DNA of 63,107 nucleotides, counting the filler, from Choristocarpus tenellus KU-1152 (lineage: Eukaryota; Protista; Phaeophyceae), in NCBI GenBank assembly GCA_964200185.2. It is 11 parts of 11 records of this genome, joined end to end, with 100 filler letters (N's around TTAATTAATTAA, not from the genome) between each part and the next. Parts side by side here need not be neighbours in the genome. Positions count along the whole stretch, not along the records: positions 58,394 to 63,107 come from CAXNAD020013366.1; 10 more parts are not named here. One strand, given 5' to 3'. Position 1 is the first letter of the stretch. Each line of letters opens with the position of its first letter. Shown here one piece after another: positions 63,018 through 63,107 of this stretch. The notes below the pieces were generated by a model. It made no database searches, was not told the DNA's origin, and saw only the letters and a list, made by a program, of their open reading frames with translations. Made by a program: the position numbers and the translations under genes.

Positions 63018-63107
63018 CCCCCCCCCCACCCCCCTCTTTCTTTCCCCCCCCTTCACCTTTTGGGGTTACAAAAAAGCCCCTGGTTTTTCCCCCCCCGCGA
63101 GAACGGG

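Overview
Eukaryotic nuclear DNA, most consistent with a brown alga or related stramenopile (inferred from long GT-AG introns, an axonemal dynein, TTAGGG motifs and the TE families). The window is not one locus. Ten identical 100-nt spacers (N44-TTAATTAATTAA-N44, stops in all six frames) join 11 separate contigs, so adjacency across a spacer means nothing. Recognisable host genes: a complete 6-exon SUMO E2 (UBC9/SCE1, minus, 14603-22297, 160 aa), five phase-compatible exons of an axonemal dynein heavy chain C-terminal region, two PWP1 exons, one exon of a pyridine nucleotide-disulphide oxidoreductase, and two unidentified multi-exon fragments. Most of the rest is decayed TEs: Ty1/copia, RTE-like and RLE-type LINEs, a DD39D-type mariner, a TA-flanked Tc1-like family, and an abundant ~258-bp MITE with GAG..CTC ends and 4-bp TSDs (Sola-like). 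Best leads: (i) every UBC9 intron carries compact structured islands resembling H/ACA or C/D snoRNAs, many ending in ACA-NNN but lacking a canonical H box; (ii) a ~76-bp two-variant tandem array sits next to an orphan short-intron gene with a >360-codon exon and a convergent decayed ORF, possibly an unclassified DNA element. No CRISPR array, rRNA or tRNA gene was seen.
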